From NCBI RefSeq assembly GCF_009914755.1, contig NC_060928.1: DNA of 64,000 nt, one strand, 5' to 3'. The position numbers and the translations under genes were made by a program. Each line of letters opens with the position of its first letter. Positions within the stretch are counted from its first letter, which is position 1. Positions 25,555 through 38,700 of the stretch are shown here, piece by piece. This DNA comes from the human T2T-CHM13v2.0 reference genome, Homo sapiens. The notes under the pieces are model-generated. The model worked only from the letters and a program-made list of their open reading frames with translations. It did no database searches and was not told the DNA's origin.

Positions 25555-25578
25555 CAACAACAACAACAGCAGCAGCAA
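25555..25578. repeat. (CAA)4(CAG)3CAA trinucleotide run
   Basis: Read directly from the sequence. Confidence 0.85.
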
Positions 25579-25722
25579 ACACAATTATGTCTCCATGCGT
25601 AGCTCTCTGGGCTTCCATGGCAATTATAGTCACTGGGAGGGTTGGACTAGCTTTTCGAAGAATTCACTGCTCTCTAGAAGCAGGGACTCTCTATCAACAT
25701 TTCCCATATCATTTCTCCACAG

Positions 25723-25877
25723 CTTGTCCTTAGGGTGAAAGAACAAGGGCTTTTATAACACATTCCATTGGCTGGGTTTATGATGCTCTGCCTCACTCCC
25801 TCTGCCCCGAAGTAAAGCTGAATTATAAAGTAGGGCTGGTCTTATCTTGGGCAGCCATGCAACAATGGTTTCTGGAG
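25723..25877 (+). other. Candidate internal exon (155 nt, or 144 nt from the 25733 acceptor)
   Basis: Acceptor tttcccatatcatttctccacag and donor GAG|GTGAGT. Confidence 0.3.
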
Positions 25878-26428
25878 GTGAGTGTTGAAATATGTCTTGG
25901 GGCTTTGGGAAATGTTTTCAATTCAGCATTCTGTGATCCTTGTCCAAAGATCCTTGATAGCATCCTTTAGGCATCACTGAAACAATCAGCACACACACAC
26001 AAAAAAACAAAACAAAATCTTTGCATTCATATGCCTTAAACTAACAAGTAAAGAAGCAAATATCTAGAAAACATTTTGTAGACTAAGTAAAAATATGACT
26101 ATAATTACATATATATAAAAATAATAATAATGTAGTCATGTACATTCATAGATAGTCATATATATTAGGGTTCAGAGTCTTTGAGAAGAATATTGCCTAG
26201 GTGTCAGAAGATCTGGGTTTTAGTCCAAGTTCATCATTAACCAGGAAACCTAAAACAAATGGCTTGGCTTTCTTTACATTCCCTATTTATATAATAAAAG
26301 CATTGACTATATAAACTAATTGTTCTCTGAAGGCTCTTAAAACTCTGACATTCTAGGATTTTATGTATTATTATGCCACAACCTCATCTAATCACAATAA
26401 CAATAGCTAACATTTCAATTCCAACAAC

Positions 26429-26950
26429 TATGGCGGATTGTTGGCAAAAATAGTGACAATTATTCCCTTCCCTTTGTCGTATGAGGTTGTAGTTCTATCA
26501 AGTGGTAGAGTCTAGGCTGGCCTTGTGGTTTTCTTTGACCAATAAAACACGGCAGAAATGGTGTTCTACCCGTTAGAAGCCTAGGTGTCAGGAGTCTTGC
26601 ATGCTTCCACTTTTTCGTTTGGAACACTGCTGCTACCTTATGGACAAGTTCAAGGTAGGCTACTGAAAGATCTGAGACATGTGGCCCATTCAAACTCCAT
26701 CACCCTAGCCAACAGTTATCCACTTCCTGACAATGTAAATGAGAACACCCTAGAGAAACCAGCCCTCAGCCCATCCACCAGCTGACCTCGGACTCATGAG
26801 CCAGTCCCGCTGAGATCTACCAATACTAGTTCAGATCAGCAGAGCCATCCAGGTGACCTGTAGACTCACACGCAAAAAGACATTGTTGTTTTAAGCCACT
26901 AAATTTTAGGTTGTTTGTTACATAGAGGTAGTAATAGATAATTTATATAC
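26429..26950 (+). mobile_element. MaLR LTR, MLT1G/H-like
   Basis: tggcggattgttggcaaaaatagtgacaattattccc...ctttgaccaataaaacacggcagaa...ttgttgttttaagccactaaattttaggttgtttgttacatag. Confidence 0.75.
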
Positions 26951-27514
26951 TATGTCAAAAATTAACTCATTTGATCCTTAGCTGGAATTTTAACTCAGAT
27001 TGTCCTGTTCTAGAGCCTCCATTTTTCCTATGATAAGCACAAACTAGTAAATAATTTCTGCTAATTATAAGAAATATCTGCCACCCATATACATCTGTCT
27101 GCCAACCCACACCTCCACGTTAAAGTGAAATAAAACACATATAAAATTGCACAGTTTACATTCACATTACACATCTTCATCCACATTGTCTTTGAGTTAT
27201 GGATGCCAATGATAATTTCACTTGTTATCTCTAAAGACAGTCTTTACAAATCTCCCTTACTTTCATTTATTTCAAAAAGTTCTTGAGAAAGAGCAGCAGA
27301 AATAAACGCTTTCTCACCCAGAGAAGTTTTTTTCTAGAGATCTGGAATCTGAGGTCACCCTTTCAATGGAACACTCCTTCACTTACCCTCACCTCATTAA
27401 AGGTTGCTCTTCTTAAAGATGTTTCACAGACATTTCCACCAACTGCTGCTAAGGGCAGAGACAAGGGAAAAACTATTTCAGTGGGTGTTTCTGACCACAG
27501 CCCAAAGTGATCCC

Positions 27515-27930
27515 TTGTGTATGTTGCATTACATAACAGATTACCACTATAACAAACCTGTAATATCTCATCGTTTCCATGGGGCTGAAATCCAGGTACA
27601 CCTTAACTGGGGTCACTGGATCTCTTACAATCAAAGGGTCAGCCAGGGTTGCAATCATCTCAAGACCGGAATACAGAAGAATATGCTTCCAAGTTCGTGT
27701 ATCTACTCATTGGCAGGGTTCAGTCCTTGTGGATAGTCTGATTGAGGGCTTTAGTTCTTTGCTGGCTGTTTCTGACCAGGTGGTCTTCTCAGTAGGGCAG
27801 CTGAGAACATGAAAACTGGCTTCATCGGTGGGATTAAATGAGAGGAAAGAGAGAGAGAGTGTGAGAGTTTCTAGTTTTTCCTAACCCAAACTTGCAAATT
27901 TATTTCTATTACTTTTGCTGTATTCTATTC
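27515..27930 (-). mobile_element. MaLR LTR, MLT1F-like
   Basis: tgcttccaagttc...ttggcagggttcagtccttg...gattgagggctttagttctttgctggctgtt...agggcagctgagaacatg. Confidence 0.7.
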
Positions 27931-28580
27931 TTTTTTTTTTTTTAATATATACATTCAAGGGGTGTAAGTGCAATTTGGTACATTGATATATTTCATTGTG
28001 GTGAAGTCAAGGCTTGCACTGGAGCAACACACATTGAACTCACCAACTGATCTCCCATCATGACCCCCCTCCCACCCCAGCACCCCTCTGGGTTTTTATT
28101 GTCCATCATTCTACTCTTTGTTTCCATGTTTACACATTCTTTAGCTCCCACTTATAAGCAAGAATATTTGGTATTTTTCTTTCTGTGTCAGAGTTGTTTC
28201 ACTTAAGATAATAGCCTTCAGTTCCATGCATGTCACTGTAAAAGACATTCTTTTTTATGAATGAATACTATTTCACTGTGTATATATACCTCATTTAATC
28301 TAATCTTTCATTGATGGATACTTAAGTTGATTCTGTATCTTTGTTGTTGTGAATTGTGCTGTGATAAATATACCAGTACAGGTATCTTTTTGCTATGATT
28401 TTTTTCCCCTTTGGGTGGATGCTCAGTAGTAGAATTGCTAGATTCTATGGTAGTTCTATTTTTAGTTGTTTGAAAAATAGCCATGCTGTTTTCCATAGAG
28501 GTTGTACTAATTTGCATTCCCACCAGCAGTGTATAAGAGCTCCTTTTTCCCTAAATTTTTGCCAAATCTGTTATTTTGTA
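27931..28580 (-). mobile_element. L1PB-like 3' end, truncated
   Basis: Poly-T, ttagctcccacttataagcaagaat, ttcacttaagataatagcc, gttttccatagaggttgtactaatttgcattcccaccagcagtgta. Confidence 0.88.
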
Positions 28581-29734
28581 ATTGCTCACACTCCCCTCAT
28601 GGCTTTTCCCAGGCCCTCATCTTGCTGTCCTGATTTATGATAACAAGCTCCAAACAAGTCCTCTGACTCCAAGTTCTTCATTTCTATACATTCTCTTCCC
28701 TTCAGCTTCTATAGGGTTTTGAAAGCAGATCTTATTTTCCTGCTAAAAACACACCAGTCCTCACATTTTCTTCAAATATATATCCAATTCCTTAGGTAGA
28801 CCAAGTAGGGTCTTCATGTCAGGACCCTGGCTTAGCCTGCAATTTCATCTCATCCCTCTCTTTGTCATGGGTCCTACTCTTCATCCCAACGACACTCCTT
28901 AGATATTCCCTAAAAGGCAGAGTTGTTTGTGCCTCCATGCCAATATCTATATTGTGTCCTCAGCTTTGAATCACCTTTCCTTGAGCCTCTTCTCTCTCTT
29001 ACTCATTCTTCAAGATTTATTTTAAGCATCTCTAGCATTGGAAGCCTTTTATGTGTCCCTCCTCTCCCAGTCTGCACTTCCTACGAAAGCTCTAAGACAT
29101 TCACTTCAGCTATTATCATTCCTCCTCTTTACATTTTCAATATCACACCCAGGCACCAATAACTACAAGAGTCACAACAAAAACCACACAGCAATGAGCT
29201 TTTTTTCACATCATTTACTAAGCTCTTCTGACACATCGAACACTGTGCTATGTATAGTGCATGTTATCCTCTTTCTTTTGCAGTAACTTTAAGAGATCAG
29301 TGTGTATAAGCTTTAGGAGTAAAGTTATCTCAGAGAAGTTAAGATACACATGGTCAAAAATAGATCTCGGATGCCAGTCTAGGTCTGTCTCGTGTTCTCT
29401 TACTATACTTCTCAGATTTATATTATTGAGGCAAATTATCAGGTAAAACTGAATCAGCATGACCTTTAGGGCATTGTTTCTGCAGTATTCTTGTGAATAC
29501 CCTTGTGATTGATCAAATTTGTGCAACATTTGCTAAAAAACAGCAACCTTTGCTTTTCCTAATTGAATTTGAGAATTAATTTGAAATGACTCCAGGAGGG
29601 TGGCTACTAGCAGCATGGTATAGGTATCACACAGAACTGTTCTCTTGTTTGACTCCATAAGTTCTCTTCATTGCTTTTGAAACCCTCAATGATCTAGTCC
29701 CTGCATCTGGATTTTGGGTGTCAGATGTTCACAA

Positions 29735-29900
29735 CAGTGCTTTTTAACCATTAGCATGAACCTGTAGTGCCTGATAAATACAGATTACCGAACCCCACCC
29801 CCAGAGCTTCTAATTCAGTGTTCCGAGGTGGGCTCTGAGAATTTGCATGTCTAACATGTTCCCAGGTGATGTGGATGCTGCTGGTTTAGGGACCATGGAT
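29735..29900. mobile_element. MER5A hAT-Charlie
   Basis: ccccacccccagagcttctaattcag...ctgagaatttgcatgtctaacatgttcccaggtgatgtggatgctgctggt. Confidence 0.85.
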
Positions 29901-31542
29901 CATCTATTGAAAACAATAAGTTTACAAAAATTGTCTGGGAATGCTAGGGGAAGGGAGCCAATGGTCACACTCCACAGAATGCTTAGGCTGGTTACTGTTC
30001 CGCCCACTTAGAGAAGGTAACAAGCACTCTGCATTCCCTCATGACAGCCAGCCTGCTTTCCTAGCAACTGAGAGTGAGTTTTTATGGTCATTTTCAGATA
30101 ATTCGATTCACTGTTTCACATTATTATTAAATAAATCTGGATATATTTCTTCTTAAATGAGATAATAAGTATCTTTATTGTTTAACCTGTTTACTTAGGA
30201 CATTTATTATTTGCAGTCTAATGCATCTCAAGTGATATGGCCCTTTTATATGAGCTTCTAAAAAGCACCATCTCACCCTCCAAGCCCCACTCCCTAGAGG
30301 TGTGATTATACCTTTCTTTTTTCCTTCTATACACTGAAAGAGGGTCTCCTTCTATCTATGAGTTTTAGTTCAATTTCTTCCAGCCTTGATGTTCTTATTT
30401 CATCATTAAATCATTTTAACACCTGTTCCATCAGCCTTCCCCTCTTTATCTTGCCCTCTTTGGCATATAAACATGCTCAAGTTTTCTACTCTTAACATGA
30501 AATGCTGAGGATGCTATTCTTTACCAATTCAACTTCAAGACTAAAGACACATTTTGGCAAAGAGATTCTTTACAGCCCAGGTATTGTTGACGTTTCTGAA
30601 AAGAGGTGCAGTTATTGTGGAGAGCCCTAGTGAAGCTCTGCAATGGGATTTCAGACACAGCAATATTGACCTCTGTCCCCTGGAAAGAAACTGAAGAAGT
30701 GTCAGAGTCGCTAAAGTTGGGGAAAGAGAAAGAAACATGCTATTGTTTACATGAGCTGTAGTTTGTAGCTGTACACAGACCATACTTTAAGATATTGCCA
30801 GGGACTTCAAGAAGAGGAAGAGAGAGGTCTATGCATGTTCAATTCCCACTGTAGAATTTATTCAAGAAAGTCTCACTTGTTTAAATCAGAAATGTTTTTT
30901 GTTTTAAAAGCAAATATATGAACAGGTAAACACGCTTCTTTAGAGTTTGATTGAGGCCAGGCATTGCTTGTGCATTTTACAAGCATTGAATGATAAGGTA
31001 CTTCCTGAAGGAAATGCAATGGAATGTGAATTAAAATTCAGTTGCCTTGATCCAATGAGTCATGTCAATCATAATTCCCATCTCTCTCCCCCTTTCAGAA
31101 AGATTTGACAATGTAGTGTCTCCAGTTTTGATGTCCAATTTCCAATTTGCTGCAATACATTCTCAATCCACAAAGGCAGCACTGACAGCCTTGGGACAAT
31201 TCAGAAATTACTTCTTAATTGTGAAATTCAGTAGACTTACATCAGTTCCTCATTTCACCTAATTTATCTATTTCATTTGATACTATTGACTCATCTCTTC
31301 TAGAGAAAACATTATTTCCCCTTTTCTGTTCCTCTTCTCCTTTGGCCTTGAAACTGTTCTCCTTCTGTCTGTTTCCAGTCTTTTCAGGCTGTTTCTTACC
31401 ATTTCCTATTTATTAAATGTTTGTATTTCACTTGACCTTGTCCCTGGTCTTTTATTACTCTTTCTGAACTTCCTGGGCAATCTTGCCCACTCTGTGGCTT
31501 TCACTCCACCAATAAGCTACCTCCCAGTCCTGGATACTCTCT

Positions 31543-31930
31543 AGGGCAATAATTTACCCGATGAGGCATTTTGAAAATTTGGGGAGATGGTTTTTTATTA
31601 TGATGATGAATGACAGAAGGGGCCCACTGGTGTTTGGAGGGCAGGGCTTAGGTAGGCTAAACGTCCTGTAATACATTGTATAGTCCCTCCCACAAAATAG
31701 ATAATTATCCTGTGCCCCACATGATTTTGAATGGCCAACCTGACACTCATGTAAGTAAAAAACCTGATTATAATTGCATGGGCCTAGAACATATGTCTAG
31801 TTTTTATAAAATGCTAAAGTATTTTTTTTTGCTTATTTTTATTATATGCTTGAATTCCAGAAATGCAATGTATGTACAAATCAATAAGCAATTGTTGTTT
31901 TAGTTTTTCAGAACTTTACTAGGGGTAGTT
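31543..31930. mobile_element. MER20B-like hAT-Charlie fragment inside L2
   Basis: ggcattttgaaaatttgggg...ccactggtgtttggagggcaggg...gctaaacgtcctgtaa...cccacaaaatagataattatcc. Confidence 0.65.
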
Positions 31931-31935
31931 GATCC

Positions 31936-32590
31936 AAATGGCATTATTGGATGTGGTGGTTTCCGGACACCCACCTGTGACACTGCGGTGACCGGTCTCC
32001 TGTCTGGCCTGAAGTGGATCTGGACCCCACACAGTCCCCATGTACAGCTGATACCAGGCTGAAGTGGATCAGGAGGCTGAGGAACTAAGCCAGTGTCAGG
32101 TGGTGCACCAGGCTGCCCAAGTAAGAGGCCCTACACATGCAGGTAGGAAGGCTGTACATGGCCTTTCTTCCCTTCTGATGAGCTTGGGCGAAATATGTGG
32201 ATATATAACAGATATAGATCGCATAGATGTGATCAGTGGGGCTGACAGTTCATGAGATCTGACCACCTCAGGCAGCACCAAAGGATTCATCAGCAGATGC
32301 CAAGATCTTCAGATCCATAGGCTGATAATGAAGAGATGGATGGTCCTCCTTCTCCTTGTCTTTAGGTCAATCTCTTCTCATTTTGGCTTCTCTACCTTCT
32401 CTTTGGTAGGTGGAGGCTTAGATGAACACAGGATGATTATGGAGCAATACTTGAAGCCCAAATGAAGCTCTGAACCCGGAGACTTCTCAAAACCTGTCAT
32501 CAATGCTCTAACTCTTCTGTGGCCACCTCCTTCTACTGGAGTTTAGCCAGGTGGGAAGGTAGGGCACAGTAGAGATTGGGAGCTTCATTA
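31936..32590 (-). pseudogene. Unidentified coding-like insert, possibly a decayed retrocopy of an Arg/Ser-rich protein mRNA
   Basis: GC-richer than its flanks and not a repeat I recognise. Minus-strand frames give SSKPPPTKEKVEKPK, PKDKEKED and SRSTSGQTGDRSP, with several TGA stops that could be decayed CGA codons. Confidence 0.35.
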
Positions 32591-32834
32591 AAAAGCTCTT
32601 TATCTCATGTGCCTCTCAAGTTTAAAACCCTTTAGTGACTCCTTTACCTGCTACATAAAATTCAAGTTATTTATCTTGGTCTTCCACAGTTTCCAGAGCC
32701 AAACAGCACTCAAATCCTTAATAAGCATGTGACCCTGGGAAAGATCTTTGATCACTATGCCTTGTGTTCTCTTCCAGAAAATGAGAAAACCAATATTGGA
32801 CTGTACTGGACAGGACATATGTACTATATCAGAT

Positions 32835-33352
32835 TCTCCCTGGCCACATGCATAGAGTCTCTGTCTTTTCCCACCACTTTAAAGACATTGATAAAATGCC
32901 ATACCACAGGGCATGAGATCTGGCATCCCAAGTTGCCACCAGCAAACCTAGAAGTGTGGGTGAGTTAATACTTATGGGATAAAATTTGACTAATGGAAAA
33001 TGGGAGATAGCTAACTGCCAGGCAGATAAATTCCCTCTTCTTCCCTCCCTTCCATGAATTGCTGCAAAGCGCCATTTCTCCAAAATAACACAGTCTATGG
33101 GGAAACTTCCCAAGTAGCAGGTGGACACAACTGCTATCCCTCCTCAAGGCTTGTCATGAAGCAGTGCCCAGCCTGGTAATACATCATCTTGTATTACTTC
33201 CCATTATTTCCTCTCTTGCTTCTTCCCTTGCTTCTCACTCCTAATGCCTTGAGTTTTTACCTCCCCAAATAAAACATCAGTACTTAGTTTTTGGGCTCTG
33301 TTTTCTAGGTGAGTTTGAGGGTGGAGGGAAAGGAGAACCTTAGACTAGGGCA
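32835..33352 (+). mobile_element. ERVL solo LTR, LTR33-like
   Basis: gaagtgtgggtgagttaata...ggcagataaattccctc...cctccccaaataaaacatcag...gctctgttttctag. Confidence 0.55.
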
Positions 33353-33649
33353 GAAAAGGATGAATTCCACTCTAACTTCTCCTCCTCCTCCCACCTGTCC
33401 CAGCTATCTGGACTACCAAGTACCAGATATTAAGGGGCTTATCCTGTCCTGCTCTCTCCTGAGGTTGAGGGGATAATGACTATCCTGGCAACTCTGCCAG
33501 ATAGTTTAGACCTCGTTTCCAGGCTCAGCAGTCTGTTTTACTCCAGAAAGCTAATAGAAAGAAAGGAACTTGGCTATGCTATCAAGTGCAGGGCTGGCAT
33601 CCCAATCAGGATCAGTCCACTTCAGAGTTTGTCTCTCTCCTAAAAGATG

Positions 33650-35440
33650 ATGCCGTCAGTAGGTGTTTCCTGAACCCATACTGGTGCCAAGCATGGCCAC
33701 ATGATGGCTACAGAGAGATGAATCAGATCTGGTTTCAAGGTACCATCTTGATCTTGGGGCAGACAGGTCCACCTAGGTGCAGTGGCCATGGAGTCGAGGA
33801 GCCCCTAAAGGAAAGAGTCAGAAAGGCCTTCTGGAGGAAGTGACCCTTGAGCCCAGTAAGAGAGTGAAGTATCTAGCAATCCCTCAAATGTTGAGATAAA
33901 CTGAGCAGGTAAATGAAGAGGAAAGAGGATTCCAGACAGAGAGCATTGGACCTGGCAACTGTTCAGGAGAGAGTCAGCCTGCAAGTGTCCATTCATTCAT
34001 TTGGCAGATGTCTTTTGAGCTCACAATACAAGAGCACCAAGGCTATGGGGTCCCATGGTGAAGAACACCAAAACAACTAAAAAATGTGTCAACAAATAAA
34101 GACTTCTCAATGAAGTACCTGAGTCAGACCTGAAGGACTCATGGGGGTTGGTCGCACCACCCATTTCTTGAACATATGCCCTTGGTCATGCTCTGTGCTG
34201 GACACAAGAATTCAGAGGAGCATGAAGGTACCCTGCCTCTATTGTGGGGCAGAAATATCATGGACAATAATTGTAAATATGTTCAGTGCTGCCAAGGAAA
34301 AGAGCCAGACCTCAGCAGGATCAAGCTTATTCAGCTCTCTGGAGAAGTTCCACAGCCTTGGCCATACCTGCCCCTGCCCTCCCACCCCTATCCTGACTTT
34401 ATCTTGCTTGGCCACCTTGGTCTGTGTCACTAGTAGCCCCAGCATACTTGGGGTGGACATCAGATGCCCTCCACCCAATCTCCAAGTGAGAGAAGTGGAT
34501 ATGATTGAAAGAACAGAGGCAGAAGGGGCTAATGTGTGACCTGTTCACTGGCTCCAGAGATTGAGGTCTTGGGTATCCAAACTCACTTTCATTTCCAGCT
34601 GGGCACCAGGACCCTTCCATGGGGCAGGCTATCTCGGGTTCCATAGGCCAGGGCTGATCTCTGTCCCCCAGCCCACCTGTCTCACACACAGCCCTGTGGG
34701 TAGGATCAGCAGACCAGATTGCTTATTGTTGGAATGTAAGATGAGAGATCTGGTTGGTAACCTATCATTTTCTCTGAGAGATGGACATGGAGAGTACCAG
34801 AGTGAGCAAGGGTGTACGGTGTGCACTATGATGGTGGGCAAAACAGGCTCCTACCCTTGTGGAGGTCACAATAGAATGGAGGAGGGATGTTACTAGAAAT
34901 GTACAAAGTGCTGGAGGACACACAGTGGAGACTTACTGCAATGGGGCCAGGGACTTAGGAAGGCATTTCTTGGAAATTGTGGTTTGAGGTCAGAGTTAAG
35001 GAAAACTAAGCAGACAAAGAAAGTGAGATAGTAATTCAAGGAGAAATAAATCTGTCCTTTAGCCAGAGATTACCCTGTATGAGGCAGTGGCTAAGCCTTT
35101 CCCAATATCACCCAAAGTCCTGCCTCTGCCATTTCCTGGCTGTGCGACTTTGGGCAATTTACTTGTCACCTGTTGCTTCTGATAGCAAAGGGGATGGAGA
35201 GATAGAGAAGTTGAAGAGATATAAGGTTTAAAGCGCTTCCTTTGGCTGCTATCTGGAGACTGGATTAGAGCAGGCGTTTAAGAGAGAGGAAGGGACTTCA
35301 GTGTTTTTGGTGAGAGTCAACGTGGCTTGGGCCTGGGTGTGATAGTGAAGGTAGGGAGAAGTAGAATGTGATAATTAATTAGATTTGCTTGGTGAGGGAG
35401 TGGTCAAGAATGACTCCCAGTTTTCTGGCTAGTGTTATTA
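33650..35440 (-). mobile_element. Dispersed L2 fragments
   Basis: gtcagaaaggccttctggaggaagtgacccttgag, ctttggctgctatctggagactggattag, gtcaagaatgactcccagttttctggct. Discontinuous. Confidence 0.6.
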
Positions 35441-35479
35441 TAAGTAACACATAAAAAGAATGGATGAACTTCATTAATT

Positions 35480-35765
35480 TATTTTCTATTTATTGTGATA
35501 TCTAGCATACTTGCAAAACATATTTTGTACATATTCAATTTAAATAATAATAATACTACTTAGTTACCCCTTAGGTCACCTGAGGGAAAACATTTACCAA
35601 TACACTTAAAGCCTTTGAGTCCCCCATTCTTCTCTCCAGGGGTAACTGCAATCCTAAATTTTTGTTAATCTTGCCTTTCCTATTTATTGTTTTTATTCAT
35701 ATATATATATCTATTTCTAAATGATATAGTGATATGTTTTGTGTGATTTTGAATTTTACATTCAC
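35480..35765 (-). mobile_element. L1ME-like 3'UTR fragment
   Basis: ctctccaggggtaactgcaatcctaaatttttgttaatc...gtgtgattttgaattttaca. Confidence 0.55.
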
Positions 35766-38700
35766 TCAATCTGGGGTTCATTGAACTTTTTTCAATCCAA
35801 AGGTTTATAGTCTTAATAAAATGTGGAAAAAAGTAATAACAATGTTATGTAATTTGAGTCACCAATTTAACATAACTGCATCAGTTTACATTCAAAGGGA
35901 TTCTGCTTATTTACACCAATGTGTCTCGTTCTCTTATTTCAAAATGAAAAACAGTTTTTAAAAAACCCATTAAGCTGAAAATCAAATGCTGTTAATTTTT
36001 TTAAAATCACTGTTACATGCTTGCTTCCCTGCACTCTGCTAGCCTTAGACAATAGAGGAGGGATGATACATAGTTAAAATTAATAAATATTAGAAACTCC
36101 TAAATAGCATTCATTAATTGCCAGGCACTATTTTAAGGACCTGGCGTATTATAACTCAATCCTCACACTAACCCTAAAGAGATTACTATGGTACCCGTTT
36201 ACATACAGCACAGAGGTTGAGTTGTTTGCCTACAACACAGAGGTTAAGTAAGTGTCCCAAGGACAAATAGCTTATTGGTGAACCAGTGTCTACACTCTTA
36301 AATCACCATTTCACATTAACTCTCAGGAAGGCAGCATCATCAAGAAAGAGCTTTGAGTGTGAGAGATTAAAGAAATGTGGGAGATGATGAATATTAGCAT
36401 TCCAGAAAATCCTAGAGAGACACATCACATCAAAATACGGCCTTTAAAACCAGTTTATGCCAGTTGCAAGTGGACATGTATATTAAGAGCCAGGAAATTA
36501 GTAATTATTATGAAAAGCTTAAGTCCAAGTTGACAGAGCTTCTTGCCACACAGCCAAGAGTACAGTCTAACATGAAATGTGCCTGGTGCTACGTTTTGCC
36601 TACTCCAGGGGGCTCTCCAGACTCCATTAATCTTTGGATTATCCTTAAATTTTCCCATGACTTGGACTTTCCTTCCTAGTTATTAAGGATTGATAACTTG
36701 GCTCCCTGTTTATCTAAAGCTGGCTTCAGTTTTTCTCATGGGTTCTACCCACTGGGAGGTCTCTATGTTTAACCCACTGTAGTCCATGGACTTTCCCTCT
36801 CCATCACAGACTTCCAGGACTCCAGCCAAGTTGCAGATCTTCAGATTTCCTTTTAGCTAAGATGAGACAAAGAATGCCACCAGATTTTCTTCTATATACA
36901 ACAGAATACAAAGTGCGGGAGTGGGTGTCTCTAAAGATTCTTTCTTGCTCTAATGATGAACACTTTGTTTTTTCTTTGAGTGTAAAAATGGTTCCATAAT
37001 TTAAGTTAATAGTGTTTATGACAATATGTAATAAATACCATAAAAAGTATAAGTCATTCTGGGTGTGTTAGCTCATTAAAACAAATGCTTGCTAGATTCT
37101 GTAGCAAGCTTTAGAAACATGGTGCTAACTCATGTAAATTGCCATGACAAATGTGCTTTAGGACCAATAAAGTGTGTACTGACTCATTAATAGTCAAATC
37201 CAACATCTCCCTGTTGGTTCCCAAGAAAAGTCAAGTGGAGATTGGTGGAAGAGAAATTGCTGCCTGAATTCTGCCAACCTTCAGGCATTCTGATTAGCAT
37301 GTGTGATTTGGTGCCTGTCTTTTGTGACACTGTGCACTTGCTATATCACCCTTGTGTTTTTGATCCTGCAAGTTCTGGAAAAGCCTCGTAGCTCAACACA
37401 TTCTTCCTGCCAGTGCCTGATGTAGAGTCTTTGGATTTATGCAGACCCCCCAGGTTCCTTCTGGCTCAAAAATAAATAAATAAAAAATAAATTAAAAAAA
37501 GCTTTAAGGGGCTCAGAAGGGGGTTTCCAGATTAAACTCCACACAGGTGTGTAGAAATGCAACCAGTCCCAATGGTAAACAAGCATATCTCCTGTCTCAG
37601 AAGCACCCAGGAACTACAGGCATAAATATGCAATAAAGATGCACTGACGGGAGGCAAGCTCATGTTTTATAATGCATTTCTGTCTTACTCAACATCTGAG
37701 ATTCCAGGCACAGTCCAGATCGTGGCTGTTTGGGTTTTGCTAGGAAGAAAGCACCTTTTTTATTACTTAGTAAAAGTATGATTGGGAGTTATAGGAATGA
37801 CTGTGGAAGAGGTTGGGTGTGTTGAAATATATCTGTGTTGTTCCTTTTGCTGTCAAGCTTTGCTATTTAATTTCACATTATACAAACTGCTTAAAAACAA
37901 AGGATTAAAATATTCATTCAACAGAGTCATGTGGTCCTGAAGTTCACAGGTCTCTAAACCTCAGTTGTCTGTGGAAGGTCTCTCACCTTTTATGCTTTTA
38001 CAGTTTACGGAGTTGACCTTCTCTGTTGCATCCAATGTGGATGATGTGGTTATTGTCTCATATCTGTGAAGCACATTAAATTTTAATGCACACATTCATG
38101 AGATTTCTTTGATTGAATCCTCACCACTGGGAAAACACTGAGAAAGCATACTTCCCATTTTATGAGTGAGAAAAATGAGACTCAGGGTAGCTAAGAAAAT
38201 TGCCCAATATCTTACAGCAAGTAAGTGACAGATATGGACACTAAATTCATTCCTTCTAATTTTAGTCTTATGCTTGACTTCCTCCATTAAAGTGAGTGGT
38301 GGGAAGAGGGAAGTTTCCTCTTTCCTTTGGTACTTCCACCTCCTGTATCCTCACCTTTTCTTAGGAGTAGATCTTGATGATCAGAATCTGTTCACATTGG
38401 CACTGGCTCATGTAACTTTGTCTTTGCGTCAGACAGATACATGCTAAACAATAGTACATAGACAGCCAACTTTGATGCCTATTGGATGCAGAATTTACCA
38501 GGTATCTGGGAGAATAAAGGATCTATAAAATTGAATTAGTCAGTCAAAATGTTTTATCAAGTGCCTATTACGTGCTAGACATCTGGTGTCTGTATTTTAG
38601 ACTGTTTGGAGAAAACAGACTTTTATAAATATATTGATTCACTCATCTTTCCATTTAATCATTAATTAGCCTAAATCATTTAATTGCTAAATCATATAAT

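Noticed and set aside
25555-25578. PolyQ-like CAA/CAG run
   Set aside because: Only eight units, with no supporting coding frame or exon boundaries.
30900-31300. AP-1/TEAD/FOX motif cluster (tgagtca at 31056, ggaatg at 31021, gtaaaca)
   Set aside because: These short motifs are expected by chance at this density, with no independent support.
32100-32420. Assigning the coding-like insert to SFSWAP or a bornavirus N element
   Set aside because: Only short motifs (SAY, REER) resemble SFSWAP and their spacing does not fit; no resemblance to bornavirus N.
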